A stretch of 64,000 nucleotides of DNA from an uncultured virus (IMG/VR IMGVR_UViG_3300032268_001179) (IMGVR_UViG_3300032268_001179); one strand, 5' to 3'. Shown: positions 7,924-17,521, counted from the stretch's first letter. A program made the numbers and translations. Notes: a model not told the origin generated them from the letters alone.

Positions 7924-8338
7924 TGGTGGAGACGGCGAGATTCGAACTCGCGTGCTGCTCATCTTGACAATAAATGCCTACACGTTTAGGTCAAGGTTTT
8001 TCATACCTTCCGAAATAGTTGGTTCCTATTTTGACATTGTTACCAACAACTGTGTCGAGTTCACTTATACTAAGGTAGTCCTCTGAACGTGACCTTTGAT
8101 ACGCTTTGGGTGGTATCACACCTTGGAGGGCTTCTGTTCCTAGGTTATATGCCCATTCGACCTGACGTTGCATCTACTTATCAAGCAGTTACAACAGACG
8201 CTTCTCTAATTAAACCTAGAGCAGACATCTTAGCAAGAGTATTGCCGTTTACTTTCTTCACCATAGATTCAAGTCATAGATGAATTCTGACTACGTGCCA
8301 CTTATCCCCAACAATGCCAGTCAATACCGTTCGTCCCC
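7924..8338 (-). ncRNA. ssrA: tmRNA
   Basis: 5' GGGGACG pairs with 3' CGTCTCC-A-CCA (G3.U70 Ala determinant); T arm GCGAG TTCGAAT CTCGC; 415 nt; internal tag frame 8246-8178 ends TGA TAA; TACATTTG promoter element upstream. Confidence 0.92.
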
Positions 8339-8399
8339 ATTGTTGTACAAATGTAAGTATAAATATATTCAAATCAAACAAGATTGATATTTATTTCAT

Positions 8400-9464
8400 A
8401 TGTCAGAATTACTCAAAGATTTTAAATCCTTAGTGGATTATTCCAAAGGAAAGATACATTTTCGTGATTTGGAAAGTATACTTTATGATCCCAAAACTTT
8501 TGCAGATGTTACTGTGAGGGAAACTTCACAGGAAAAATGGAAAAACATGGTTAGGGTTGAGTTTAAAGACACAAAAGATTTTTTGCAGGGTTTGGGGATT
8601 GATGAAGATGATGTTTATTTTTACCTTGAGATTAATTCCCCTTATAGTGATTATGAATTTATTGACATATATTCGGCATTGGATAGATTCTATGAAGGGT
8701 ATGGATTTTACGACGTGATAAATAAAGAAAATCGAGAAAAATTATCTGAAATATCGAAGTTTATTTTACCTAAAAAAATAAATTGGGAGAGTGAGGCATA
8801 TCGTAGAGATCTATCGGAAAAATTATTTGACAATTTCAAAGAGGAAACTAACAGGCTTGTTGGAGAATATGTGGATGAATCAAATTATCAATTTATGAGA
8901 ACAGCTCTAAGGGAAATGGATAAACAATTGGAGGATTATTTACAACAAATTGGATTACATCCATTAAGTAGTGGAACTGGATTTTCAACTACAGTATCAA
9001 ATTTGGTTAGTTTATATATTCGAGAAAATGTTCCACAATCACCATTGAAAGTGCTTTTCAAAAAATTATTTAACAAAAAGGATGCACCAGGTGGTTGGAA
9101 TGAAGATTATTATCAATTCGAAAATTCCGAAGATTTCGATTCTGAAAGGTTTAATTCAAGTGTTTCAAGGATTTTAGACGAAATCTTAGAAAAAATTGAA
9201 GCCGAGGAGTCAGGAGTAAGTATTGATGATTATGTACAAATGACTGAAAGGATTTTGAAAAAATTCAAACAAGACAGTTATTATAACTTACCTAAAGATC
9301 CTAAAAAAGAAACAAGATTCAAAATTGAGGGATTCGAATATCCTGAAATGAAAGTTGTTGTTTATTTACAAAAAGGTTTGAAAGCAAAAACTTTAAAATT
9401 ATCTGAAGAAAATTTTTATAACCTTTTATATCAGCCAACATTATTCAATTTGGATGAAATCTAA
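8400..9464 (+). CDS. Hypothetical acidic protein
   Basis: 354-aa ORF preceded by TATTTAT. Confidence 0.75.
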   Translation: MSELLKDFKSLVDYSKGKIHFRDLESILYDPKTFADVTVRETSQEKWKNMVRVEFKDTKDFLQGLGIDEDDVYFYLEINSPYSDYEFIDIYSALDRFYEGYGFYDVINKENREKLSEISKFILPKKINWESEAYRRDLSEKLFDNFKEETNRLVGEYVDESNYQFMRTALREMDKQLEDYLQQIGLHPLSSGTGFSTTVSNLVSLYIRENVPQSPLKVLFKKLFNKKDAPGGWNEDYYQFENSEDFDSERFNSSVSRILDEILEKIEAEESGVSIDDYVQMTERILKKFKQDSYYNLPKDPKKETRFKIEGFEYPEMKVVVYLQKGLKAKTLKLSEENFYNLLYQPTLFNLDEI

Positions 9465-9484
9465 TTTATTTATATCTTTGTATT

Positions 9485-10318
9485 ATGAAAGATATAAATC
9501 TGCTCAAAGAGGTTTTGAGTATTCCAAGTAAAACTTATCAAGAAGAAAGAATGGTAGAATTTTTGGTTAATTGGTTAACCGAAAATCAAATAGATCATTA
9601 TGTCGATGACAAAATGAATATCTATGCCACAAAACAAGAAACTTCAGAGCTCCCCGAAGATTTTTATTTTCCTTGTGTAATATCCCACACTGATACCGTG
9701 CATTCAATCGACACAATCAATGTCCGAGAAATGATGCTTCCAAATGCTCAAGGTGTAATCAAACCAGCTCTGAAAGCTTTCAATGATCAAGGATTTGAGA
9801 CTGGAATTGGCGGTGATGATAAATGTGGAGTTTTTGCATGTTTAACTTTATTGAAAAGTCTTCCTTATGTTAAAGCAGCATTCTTTGTTTCAGAAGAAAC
9901 TGGATGTCATGGTTCAAAATTTGCCGATCCTTCTTTTTTTGAAAATGTTGGATATGGAATCCAATTCGATGCTCCTGAGAACTGGATGATTACCGAAGAA
10001 TGTTTTGGTCAAGTTTTATTTGACAGAGGTAGTGAGTTTTTCGATAAGGTAAATAAAGTTCTGACTGAAGGGATGGTTATTTCTGATATGGAATATATGG
10101 TTCACCCCTACACTGATGTGTATGCTTTGAGAAAGAAGTTTGATTTTTCTTGTATCAATTTCTCCATCGGATATTATGACTACCACACCAAATATGAATA
10201 TGTCATTATTGAAGATGTTTTCAATGGGATTGATATGGGTAAAAAAATGATTGAAGAGTTGGGATATAAATTACATTACAAAAAATCTGTGTCCAACAAA
10301 TTTCTTTATCCTTTTTAA
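9485..10318 (+). CDS. M20/M28/M42-clan zinc peptidase
   Basis: SHTDTVH, GGDDKCG, EETG, FD and YHT metal-ligand pattern. Confidence 0.85.
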   Translation: MKDINLLKEVLSIPSKTYQEERMVEFLVNWLTENQIDHYVDDKMNIYATKQETSELPEDFYFPCVISHTDTVHSIDTINVREMMLPNAQGVIKPALKAFNDQGFETGIGGDDKCGVFACLTLLKSLPYVKAAFFVSEETGCHGSKFADPSFFENVGYGIQFDAPENWMITEECFGQVLFDRGSEFFDKVNKVLTEGMVISDMEYMVHPYTDVYALRKKFDFSCINFSIGYYDYHTKYEYVIIEDVFNGIDMGKKMIEELGYKLHYKKSVSNKFLYPF

Positions 10319-10927
10319 TTAGATAAAATCCTCTAATTTTTCGAGGTGTCTTTTTACAATCGGGTGGTCTTGTATGTCATCATACTGACCTCCCGATTTT
10401 TTTATTCGTTTGATATCATTTACAATTTGCATCACACTTGATCGAATCATTTGCGACATTGACGGATATTTTTCTATGTAAGGGGATAATGAAAAATATT
10501 TTTTTGCGACTTCGATTGGTATCCCCAATTTGATAATAATTTTTGCAACCATATTTTTTGCAAACTGATCCGCATCCAATTCCATTTCCCAATATTGGTA
10601 ATATAGGTTTTCAAAATCTTCAAGGTCATAATCAGACAAAGGGTTTGCCATCTTAATATCTCTTATTTGTTGTTCGTGTCTGATTTCGTGAAATATAGTG
10701 TATAAAAAATCACCAATATTTTGCATTTGAGATGGAGAACAAATAATTACTTGATCTCGCGTCCTAACTCCTCCGAAAGCAACGGAACAAGAATTAAGAA
10801 ACTTTACGACAATTCCACTTTTTTTAATATAGTCAATTACAAATTTCTCGATGACATTAACTTTTGATTGATATTCTTTTGGGAAATCTTCTCTGAAACG
10901 ATCTAATAATTTTGAAAAATTACTCAT
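10319..10927 (-). CDS. HEXXH zinc metalloprotease-like protein
   Basis: FHEIRHEQQ plus downstream ELDADQFA third-ligand motif. Confidence 0.7.
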   Translation of the reverse strand: MSNFSKLLDRFREDFPKEYQSKVNVIEKFVIDYIKKSGIVVKFLNSCSVAFGGVRTRDQVIICSPSQMQNIGDFLYTIFHEIRHEQQIRDIKMANPLSDYDLEDFENLYYQYWEMELDADQFAKNMVAKIIIKLGIPIEVAKKYFSLSPYIEKYPSMSQMIRSSVMQIVNDIKRIKKSGGQYDDIQDHPIVKRHLEKLEDFI

Positions 10928-10941
10928 AGTTATAAATACAA

Positions 10942-10967
10942 AAAAAGGGGGAATAATCCCCCTTTTT
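10942..10967 (-). terminator. Intrinsic terminator after clpC
   Basis: AAAAAGGGGGA-ATAA-TCCCCCTTTTT. Confidence 0.8.
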
Positions 10968-10968
10968 G

Positions 10969-12984
10969 TTAACGACCCTTTTTGATTACTTTCACAACTT
11001 CGTTTTCAACCTTTATCACGTAAGTTTTACCTTCCACAATGTTGTCGGTTAATACTTCTTCAGATAGTAAATCTTCCACTTTGTCTTGAATCGCTCTTTT
11101 CAAAGGGCGAGCTCCATAAACTTCATCATAACCAATCTTGGATAAGTATTCGACTAATGATTCGTCATAAGAAATTTTGAATTTCATGTCTTCTAATCGA
11201 TTCATAAGTTTTTTAAGTTCGATGTCAGTGATTTTCTTGATATCGTCTTGACTCAACGAATTGAAAACGATTGTATCATCAATTCTGTTTATGAACTCAG
11301 GGGAGAAGAAGTTTTTCATTTCTTTCATCAAGATTTCTTTCTTAGCTTCTTCATTGGAATATGAGTTACTTGAGAAACCAATACCAGTTCCAAAATCTTG
11401 TAATTTCTTCACACCAAGATTCGAGGTCAAGATGATAAGGGTATTCTTGAAATTAATCTTTCTACCCAAACTATCTGTAACGTGACCATCGTCCAAGATT
11501 TGAAGTAATACTGTAAACACATCTTTGTGAGCCTTTTCAACCTCATCGAACAAGATCACAGAGTAAGGTTTATTCTTAACTTTTTCTGTTAATAAACCAC
11601 CTTCTTCATAACCCACATAACCTGGAGGTGCTCCAACCAACTTGGAAACGGTATGTTTCTCTTGATATTCTGACATATCAACTCGAATCAAAGCTTCTTC
11701 AGAACCAAACATTTCTTTTGCAAGTTGTTTTGCTAAGTGAGTTTTACCAACACCTGTCGATCCTAAGAAAACAAAAGATCCGATAGGACGATTTGGATCT
11801 TTAATACCTAATCTATTTCTTTTGATAGATTTTGCAACTTTAATAACCGCGGCATCTTGACCAATTACAGTCCCAACAATGTGTTTGTCAAGATTCAAAA
11901 GAGCTTTGGTGTCATCGACAGACATTTTGTTCACAGGAATTTTAGTCATGTTTGATACGACATCATACACATCATCCAAGTTTACTTTTTGTTTGTCCTT
12001 AGACATTTGTTCTTCAAACTTTTTCTTTTCTTGTTCCAATTTGTCCAACAACTTCTTTTCCTTATCTCTAAGTTGAGCAGCTTGTTCGTAGTTTTGTTTC
12101 TTAACTACATCCAATTTTTGCTGACGTAGTTCTGCCGCCTTCTTTTTCAATTCTTCGATTGACTCAGGAATTTTCAATTCAGTTTGCATACGGGCACCCA
12201 CTTCGTCTAAAATGTCGAAAGCTTTGTCAGGAAATTCTCTGTCTGTGATGTATCTCTCAGCTAACTTTACACAAGTTTCAATTACCTCATCAGAGTAAGT
12301 TACCTTATGATAAGATTCATACTTGTCTCGGACATTCTTCAAAATTTGAATTGTCTCCACAACGGAAGAAGGTTCAACGATAATTTTTTGAAATCTTCTT
12401 TCGAGAGCTCCATCCTTTTCAATATTTTTTCTGAACTCATCCAAAGTTGTTGCACCAACGAGTTGAATTTCCCCACGAGACAACGCTGGTTTGAAAATGT
12501 TTGAACCGTCCATTGAACCTGCGGAGTTACCTGATCCAACAAGAGTATGGATTTCATCAATAAACACAATAATGTTTGGGTTCGCTTGGAGTTCTTCGAT
12601 GATAACTTTCATTCTTTCTTCGAATTGACCACGATATTTTGTTCCAGCGACAACTGAAGTAAGATCCAAATTCACCAATCTTTTATCAAGAAGGTTACGT
12701 GGGCATTCACCACTAACAATTTTCATAGCGAGTCCCTCCACGATTGCAGTTTTACCACAACCAGGCTCACCTATAATAATTGGGTTATTTTTTTTCCTTC
12801 GAGATAGAATTTGGGCAATTCTAAGAATCTCTCTGTCTCTACCGATGACGGGATCTAATTTACCATCCTCCGCTAGTTTATTTAGGTCTCTACTGAAATT
12901 GTCTAAAACAGGAGTTCTACTTTCATTAGTAGATTTCTGTCTTTTACTCATCATTTTGTCTTCGTCGTCCATAAGGTCGTTCAT
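10969..12984 (-). CDS. clpC: ClpC-type Clp protease ATPase subunit lacking the N-terminal repeat domain
   Basis: Walker A GEPGCGKT and GSTGVGKT, KYRGQFEER and GYVGY pore loops, UVR middle domain (NYEQAAQLRD), IGF ClpP-docking loop. Confidence 0.93.
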   Translation of the reverse strand: MNDLMDDEDKMMSKRQKSTNESRTPVLDNFSRDLNKLAEDGKLDPVIGRDREILRIAQILSRRKKNNPIIIGEPGCGKTAIVEGLAMKIVSGECPRNLLDKRLVNLDLTSVVAGTKYRGQFEERMKVIIEELQANPNIIVFIDEIHTLVGSGNSAGSMDGSNIFKPALSRGEIQLVGATTLDEFRKNIEKDGALERRFQKIIVEPSSVVETIQILKNVRDKYESYHKVTYSDEVIETCVKLAERYITDREFPDKAFDILDEVGARMQTELKIPESIEELKKKAAELRQQKLDVVKKQNYEQAAQLRDKEKKLLDKLEQEKKKFEEQMSKDKQKVNLDDVYDVVSNMTKIPVNKMSVDDTKALLNLDKHIVGTVIGQDAAVIKVAKSIKRNRLGIKDPNRPIGSFVFLGSTGVGKTHLAKQLAKEMFGSEEALIRVDMSEYQEKHTVSKLVGAPPGYVGYEEGGLLTEKVKNKPYSVILFDEVEKAHKDVFTVLLQILDDGHVTDSLGRKINFKNTLIILTSNLGVKKLQDFGTGIGFSSNSYSNEEAKKEILMKEMKNFFSPEFINRIDDTIVFNSLSQDDIKKITDIELKKLMNRLEDMKFKISYDESLVEYLSKIGYDEVYGARPLKRAIQDKVEDLLSEEVLTDNIVEGKTYVIKVENEVVKVIKKGR

Positions 12985-13038
12985 AGTCTTTTTAGTTTTT
13001 ACAAAGTAATATCAAAATTTATTCTTATCCAAATAATC

Positions 13039-13119
13039 AGACAACTTGTCATAAAATTTGTCGAATTTATTTGTTTTTATGACATTGTGTCATATATTTG
13101 GTGTGGGCATCAAACTTGA
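13039..13119 (+). promoter_or_regulatory. Two (T/A)GACA-N3-TGTCA palindromes plus a sigma54-like GG-N10-GA element
   Basis: AGACA-ACT-TGTCA (13039-13051), TATGACA-TTG-TGTCATA (13078-13094), GG-CATCAAACTT-GA (13106-13119), all in the divergent clpC/UVR gap. Confidence 0.55.
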
Positions 13120-13163
13120 TTACAAAGATACAAAAATAAACTTAAATAAAAAAAACAAATATT

Positions 13164-13538
13164 ATGTTCGGAAGAGATAGAGACCTAAACAATTTATGGA
13201 AAGCGTTTGATGATATGTTCAAACAGTTTGATAATCCTAACCAATGGAAAACCAGTAAGAAAATTGCTGATGATGGAAGCTTAATCATCACAAGTTATTT
13301 CTACGGTGGGAATGAAACTCCAAATGTATCAAACGAAAAAACTCTAAAACAACAGTTAGAAATCGCAATTGAAAATGAAGACTTCGAAAAAGCTGTTGAA
13401 CTTAGAGACAAAATCAAAAAGTTGGAAAGTAATCAAGCTGAAATCGAAAAACTTGAGATGGAACTTAAAAAATCAATCAAAGAACAAAATTTCGAAAAAT
13501 CGATAGAGATTAGAGACCAACTCAGAAAGTTAAAATAA
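13164..13538 (+). CDS. Tandem UVR (UvrB/UvrC)-motif protein
   Basis: LEIAIENEDFEKAVELRDKIKKL and LKKSIKEQNFEKSIEIRDQLRKL. Confidence 0.85.
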   Translation: MFGRDRDLNNLWKAFDDMFKQFDNPNQWKTSKKIADDGSLIITSYFYGGNETPNVSNEKTLKQQLEIAIENEDFEKAVELRDKIKKLESNQAEIEKLEMELKKSIKEQNFEKSIEIRDQLRKLK

Positions 13539-13543
13539 TTTGT

Positions 13544-13573
13544 AAAACTCTCACCGAAAGTGAGAGTTTTTTT
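13544..13573 (+). terminator. Intrinsic terminator
   Basis: AAAACTCTCAC-CGAAA-GTGAGAGTTTTTTT. Confidence 0.85.
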
Positions 13574-13611
13574 ATTTCTTGAAAAGAAAGCTTTTCATAA
13601 TATTTATATTT

Positions 13612-13947
13612 ATGAAACCTTACGAACGTTTTTTGGTTAGATCCACCACTCTAAGAGAGATATTGGATACTTATCTCAAGCTAAGACAAATTTTTCAAGA
13701 ATTAGAATTTACTGACGAAGATTTAGAAACACCTCCAATCTATACTCAAGATATGATGATTTTGTTTCAAAAATTCCAAGGGTTACAAAGATCCTTAATT
13801 AACCAAGTCAATGATTATGGTTTAAAAATGACTGTAGATGAGTTTTTTGACTATTTGAAACCAAAAATGGATAAAATTAATGAATTAACTCCAATGAAAG
13901 ATGGCAATACTAAAAGAAGAAATTCAAGGGACGAAGATTTTGAATGA
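13612..13947 (+). CDS. Hypothetical protein
   Basis: In-frame ATG at 13612 follows TATTTAT; the track start (13579) is a TTG. Confidence 0.65.
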   Translation: MKPYERFLVRSTTLREILDTYLKLRQIFQELEFTDEDLETPPIYTQDMMILFQKFQGLQRSLINQVNDYGLKMTVDEFFDYLKPKMDKINELTPMKDGNTKRRNSRDEDFE

Positions 13948-14143
13948 AATAAAATCTTCAAACATCAAGAAAACCGAATACGACACTGAAACAAAAAAAC
14001 TCGTAGTGGAATTTAATAACGGATTCAAATATGAATATGATGAAGTTCCACATCAAACTTACACGAAATTCAGAAAATCCGAATCACAAGGTAAATTTTT
14101 TACAACTGAAATTTCAAAAGCCTTTAAGTATAAAAAACTTTAA
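13901..14143 (+). CDS. KTSC domain protein
   Basis: SSNIKKTEYD...LVVEFNNG..YEYDEVP..Y..F..SESQGKFF pattern. Confidence 0.85.
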   Translation: MAILKEEIQGTKILNEIKSSNIKKTEYDTETKKLVVEFNNGFKYEYDEVPHQTYTKFRKSESQGKFFTTEISKAFKYKKL

Positions 14144-14154
14144 TATTTATAAGG

Positions 14155-14907
14155 ATGAGCAAATTCCAACAAATCCTTGATAGTTTTTCTGTCAGAGACA
14201 CTTTGAATCCAAAAATTTGGGAATCACCCGATGACCCCCAAAAAGCAACTATGCTTCCAAAGGTTCAAAAAGGTCTCATGAGAATATCCGAAGAATTTAT
14301 CGAGTATTTGGGAGATGAGGTTTTTGTTGAAGACATCGTTCTCACAGGTTCCTTGGCAAATTTTAATTGGTCAGAATTTTCAGACTTTGATCTTCATATA
14401 ATAGTTGATCTACAACAATATGAGGATGAAGCCGAATTATACAAAGAACTTTTTAATTTAAAAAAACAAGTGTTCAACGACAAACACGATATTAAGATTT
14501 TTGGATATGATGTCGAGTTATATGTCCAAGATAGTGAAGAACCTCATTTTGCCACAGGAGTTTATTCAATAATGAATGACGAATGGGTAACCAAACCAAA
14601 GAAATTCAAAAATGAAATTGACAAATCAGTTTTGGAGAAGAAAATAAAAAATTGGACTGAAAAAATTGATAAAGCGTTGGACACAGAAAATCCTGAAGAC
14701 AACGCCGAACTAATAGATTCAATCAAAGAAAAAATCAAAGATTATAGAAAATCTGGTTTAGAAAAAGAGGGTGAATTGTCCTACGAAAACTTGGTTTTTA
14801 AGTTCCTAAGAAGATCGGGTCATATTGAAAAATTGTTCGATAGTTCTAACAAAGCATTAGATAAAGAACTATCCATTGAGAGAAAATTAGAAGAGACCCA
14901 CCAATAA
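14155..14907 (+). CDS. Pol-beta superfamily nucleotidyltransferase
   Basis: LTGSLANFNWSEFSDFDLH (GS..DxD) and third acidic residue in DVELYVQD. Confidence 0.85.
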   Translation: MSKFQQILDSFSVRDTLNPKIWESPDDPQKATMLPKVQKGLMRISEEFIEYLGDEVFVEDIVLTGSLANFNWSEFSDFDLHIIVDLQQYEDEAELYKELFNLKKQVFNDKHDIKIFGYDVELYVQDSEEPHFATGVYSIMNDEWVTKPKKFKNEIDKSVLEKKIKNWTEKIDKALDTENPEDNAELIDSIKEKIKDYRKSGLEKEGELSYENLVFKFLRRSGHIEKLFDSSNKALDKELSIERKLEETHQ

Positions 14908-14951
14908 TTAAATAAATGTGAATATTCGTATATTTATAAAGAAAAAATTAA

Positions 14952-16199
14952 ATGGCTTTCAGTTTTTATATTGCATCATCTTGTAATTCCTCAACACAAT
15001 TATATATTAAGTCGGAGGAAAACCTTATTCAGGGTAAAACCTATGATTTAATCATTGACGGTGGGGGTAATGGGTGTTACTCAATTGGACCAGGTGTTGA
15101 TACTCCTTTGGCACTGACAGCAACAATTTTTAATGGACCTTGGAATAATTGCGTCGATTGTTTGGGAGATATTACACCAACCCCAACCGCTTCAAATACC
15201 GCAACTCCAACACAAACTCCAACTAATACACAAACTCCAACTAATACCTCAACTCCTACAAATACTCAGACTCCAACTAATACACAAACCGCAACTAGAA
15301 CTCAAACTCCAACGGTAACGCCGACAAACACGGCAACCCCTACAAAAACTGCAACTAACACACCGACTCCAACAAATACCGCAACACAAACTGCCACTCC
15401 AAGTGTGACTCCAACTAACACCGCCACTCCAACAAAATCGCCATTACCATTTTCGTATTACATTATAACTCCATGTGAGGGAGGTGAAACAATTTACGTT
15501 AAATTTATAGGTAGCCTGGTAAATAATAAAATTTATGATTTATCATTTGAAGATGGTAGTCACGAATGTTTTACTGTTGCAGATGGAATTGTAACTCCTT
15601 TAGCACTGACAGTAACAATTTTCAATGGACCTTGGAACACTTGTTTAGAATGTATTGGAGATATTACTCCAACACCTACAGCATCTAACACTCCAACACC
15701 TACAACAACTTCAACCCAAACTCCGACTCCAACACAGACAGGAACCGCAGCTGTTACACCAACTCCAACTACAACACAAACACCTACCAACACTGCAACA
15801 CAAACGCAAACACCTACTAACACTGCGACTGCAACTAAAACACCAACACCTAGTGTTACTACAACACAAACATCGACACCAACTGTAACCCCTACTAAAT
15901 CACCGACCCCAAGTATCACAGCTTCTCCTACAGGAACTGCGGCCGTGACTCCAACTCCGACTGATACTCCAGCATCAACTCCAACATCAACACCGACTCC
16001 GAGTGTGACCTCTGGTTACACTATTTATGTGAATGCCCAATATGAATATACTTTGGATATGTTAGGTTCATTTAGTGGTGGAACTGCACCATCAGGATCT
16101 ACAGTTCCTTATCAGGTAATGACAAGTGAAGAGGGGAATGTTACAATCATTCAATTAAACGCAATATCTTTGGGTGGATTCCAAGGGTTAAATAATTAA
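14952..16199 (+). CDS. Thr/Pro-rich (mucin-like) protein with two Cys-containing repeat domains
   Basis: Two copies of a ~70-aa domain ending TPLALT.TIFNGPWN.C..C.GDI, each followed by long TPT/TNT tracts. Confidence 0.8.
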   Translation: MAFSFYIASSCNSSTQLYIKSEENLIQGKTYDLIIDGGGNGCYSIGPGVDTPLALTATIFNGPWNNCVDCLGDITPTPTASNTATPTQTPTNTQTPTNTSTPTNTQTPTNTQTATRTQTPTVTPTNTATPTKTATNTPTPTNTATQTATPSVTPTNTATPTKSPLPFSYYIITPCEGGETIYVKFIGSLVNNKIYDLSFEDGSHECFTVADGIVTPLALTVTIFNGPWNTCLECIGDITPTPTASNTPTPTTTSTQTPTPTQTGTAAVTPTPTTTQTPTNTATQTQTPTNTATATKTPTPSVTTTQTSTPTVTPTKSPTPSITASPTGTAAVTPTPTDTPASTPTSTPTPSVTSGYTIYVNAQYEYTLDMLGSFSGGTAPSGSTVPYQVMTSEEGNVTIIQLNAISLGGFQGLNN

Positions 16200-16225
16200 A
16201 AAAATAGAAAAAAATAAATTATAAT

Positions 16226-17521
16226 ATGGGAGATTTGAAACCACTTGGCAGTGAGAAATTAACAGGCCAAGATAAAATTAAAAGGATAATGGAAATAGCT
16301 CGTTTCAATGAGGTATTACCTTCCAGTATAAATGAAACTGCGAGATCAGAGTATTCAATTTCTTTGGCCGATGGTAACAAATATGAAATTGTTAAAGAAA
16401 GACAAGGTTACATCATAAAGAAAACAATTTCTGAATCTGAAAGTGAATATATCGAGCCAATGAAGAATAGAAAATACTATACTTCATATTCTCAGGCATT
16501 TAAAAGATTGAACTTGGTTGCAGGTGAATTGAATAGATTAAATGAGAATGAAGAGGGTGTTTCTTTTTTTGGTGAACAAAAAAAGTTTACTTTAAAAACT
16601 CCTAAACCCGCACCAGCTCCATCACCTGTTGCTGAGGTGCCAGCGGCACCACCAGCGGTTCCATCACCAGCTTTACCCCCATCTCCAACAGAGGAAATGC
16701 CTATGGGAGATGAAGATCCTATGGCCGATATGGGTATGGAAGATATGGCTCCGTCTGACGAAGTTGAAATTGACACTACTGTTGATGTTGAATCTCCTGA
16801 AGGTGAATCAGAAAAGGTAACTTTCAAAACAATCCAAAAGTTGACTGGTAAGTTGACTCAAAAAATTAGAACATTAGATTCTGAAGAAGGTATGACTTCT
16901 GAAGATATGAAATATGTTATCAATATGGTTCTTTCTTCATTAAATTTACAAGGATTATCTGAAGAAGACAAAGAAGACATTATGTCAAAGTTTGACGAAG
17001 AAAGCGAAGACTTAGGTGGAGATGATATGGGAGGAGAAGACTTGACTGATGACAGTGAAGTTGAAGATATCCAAGCAGATATGGATGTACCAGTTGAAGG
17101 AGAAATGGAAGAAAATTGGGGAGCTATTGCAAGAATCGCGGTTCCAATGGCGGCTTCTTACATTAGTTCAAAGATGGGTGAAAATAATGAAGATGAAGAA
17201 GAAGATCATGGAAATGGTGCTATCATCGATAGTATTTTCGGAGAATCAAAAGTTGACAAAGTTATATCCAAATATTTCGAGGTAACAAAAAAAGAAATTT
17301 TAGAAAACAAAGAAAAACAGAAGACTGTAAAATCTGAAATCAACAAACAAATGAAAGAAGTTGTTAAGTTGACTGAGTCTATCGAACAAGAATTAGCAGC
17401 TGAAAAATTCTTGAAAGAAAATTTCACAGCAAAGATTGTTGGTAAAACAAATAAAAAGAATTTAGTATTCGAAAATAAAGGTAGAGAAATTAAAATTTCA
17501 CCTGAAGGAGTTATTTTATGA
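16226..17521 (+). CDS. Acidic, Pro-rich hypothetical protein, probable head-associated protein
   Basis: 431 aa, D/E/M-rich disordered middle, upstream of terminase. Confidence 0.7.
   Translation: MGDLKPLGSEKLTGQDKIKRIMEIARFNEVLPSSINETARSEYSISLADGNKYEIVKERQGYIIKKTISESESEYIEPMKNRKYYTSYSQAFKRLNLVAGELNRLNENEEGVSFFGEQKKFTLKTPKPAPAPSPVAEVPAAPPAVPSPALPPSPTEEMPMGDEDPMADMGMEDMAPSDEVEIDTTVDVESPEGESEKVTFKTIQKLTGKLTQKIRTLDSEEGMTSEDMKYVINMVLSSLNLQGLSEEDKEDIMSKFDEESEDLGGDDMGGEDLTDDSEVEDIQADMDVPVEGEMEENWGAIARIAVPMAASYISSKMGENNEDEEEDHGNGAIIDSIFGESKVDKVISKYFEVTKKEILENKEKQKTVKSEINKQMKEVVKLTESIEQELAAEKFLKENFTAKIVGKTNKKNLVFENKGREIKISPEGVIL

Noticed and set aside
7991..8283. ORFs 7991..8173 and 8089..8283
   Set aside because: Both lie inside the tmRNA
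15560..15919. Val/Gly-rich minus-strand ORF (also 16492..16827, 18430..18669, 26443..27100)
   Set aside because: Antisense shadows of low-complexity coding repeats
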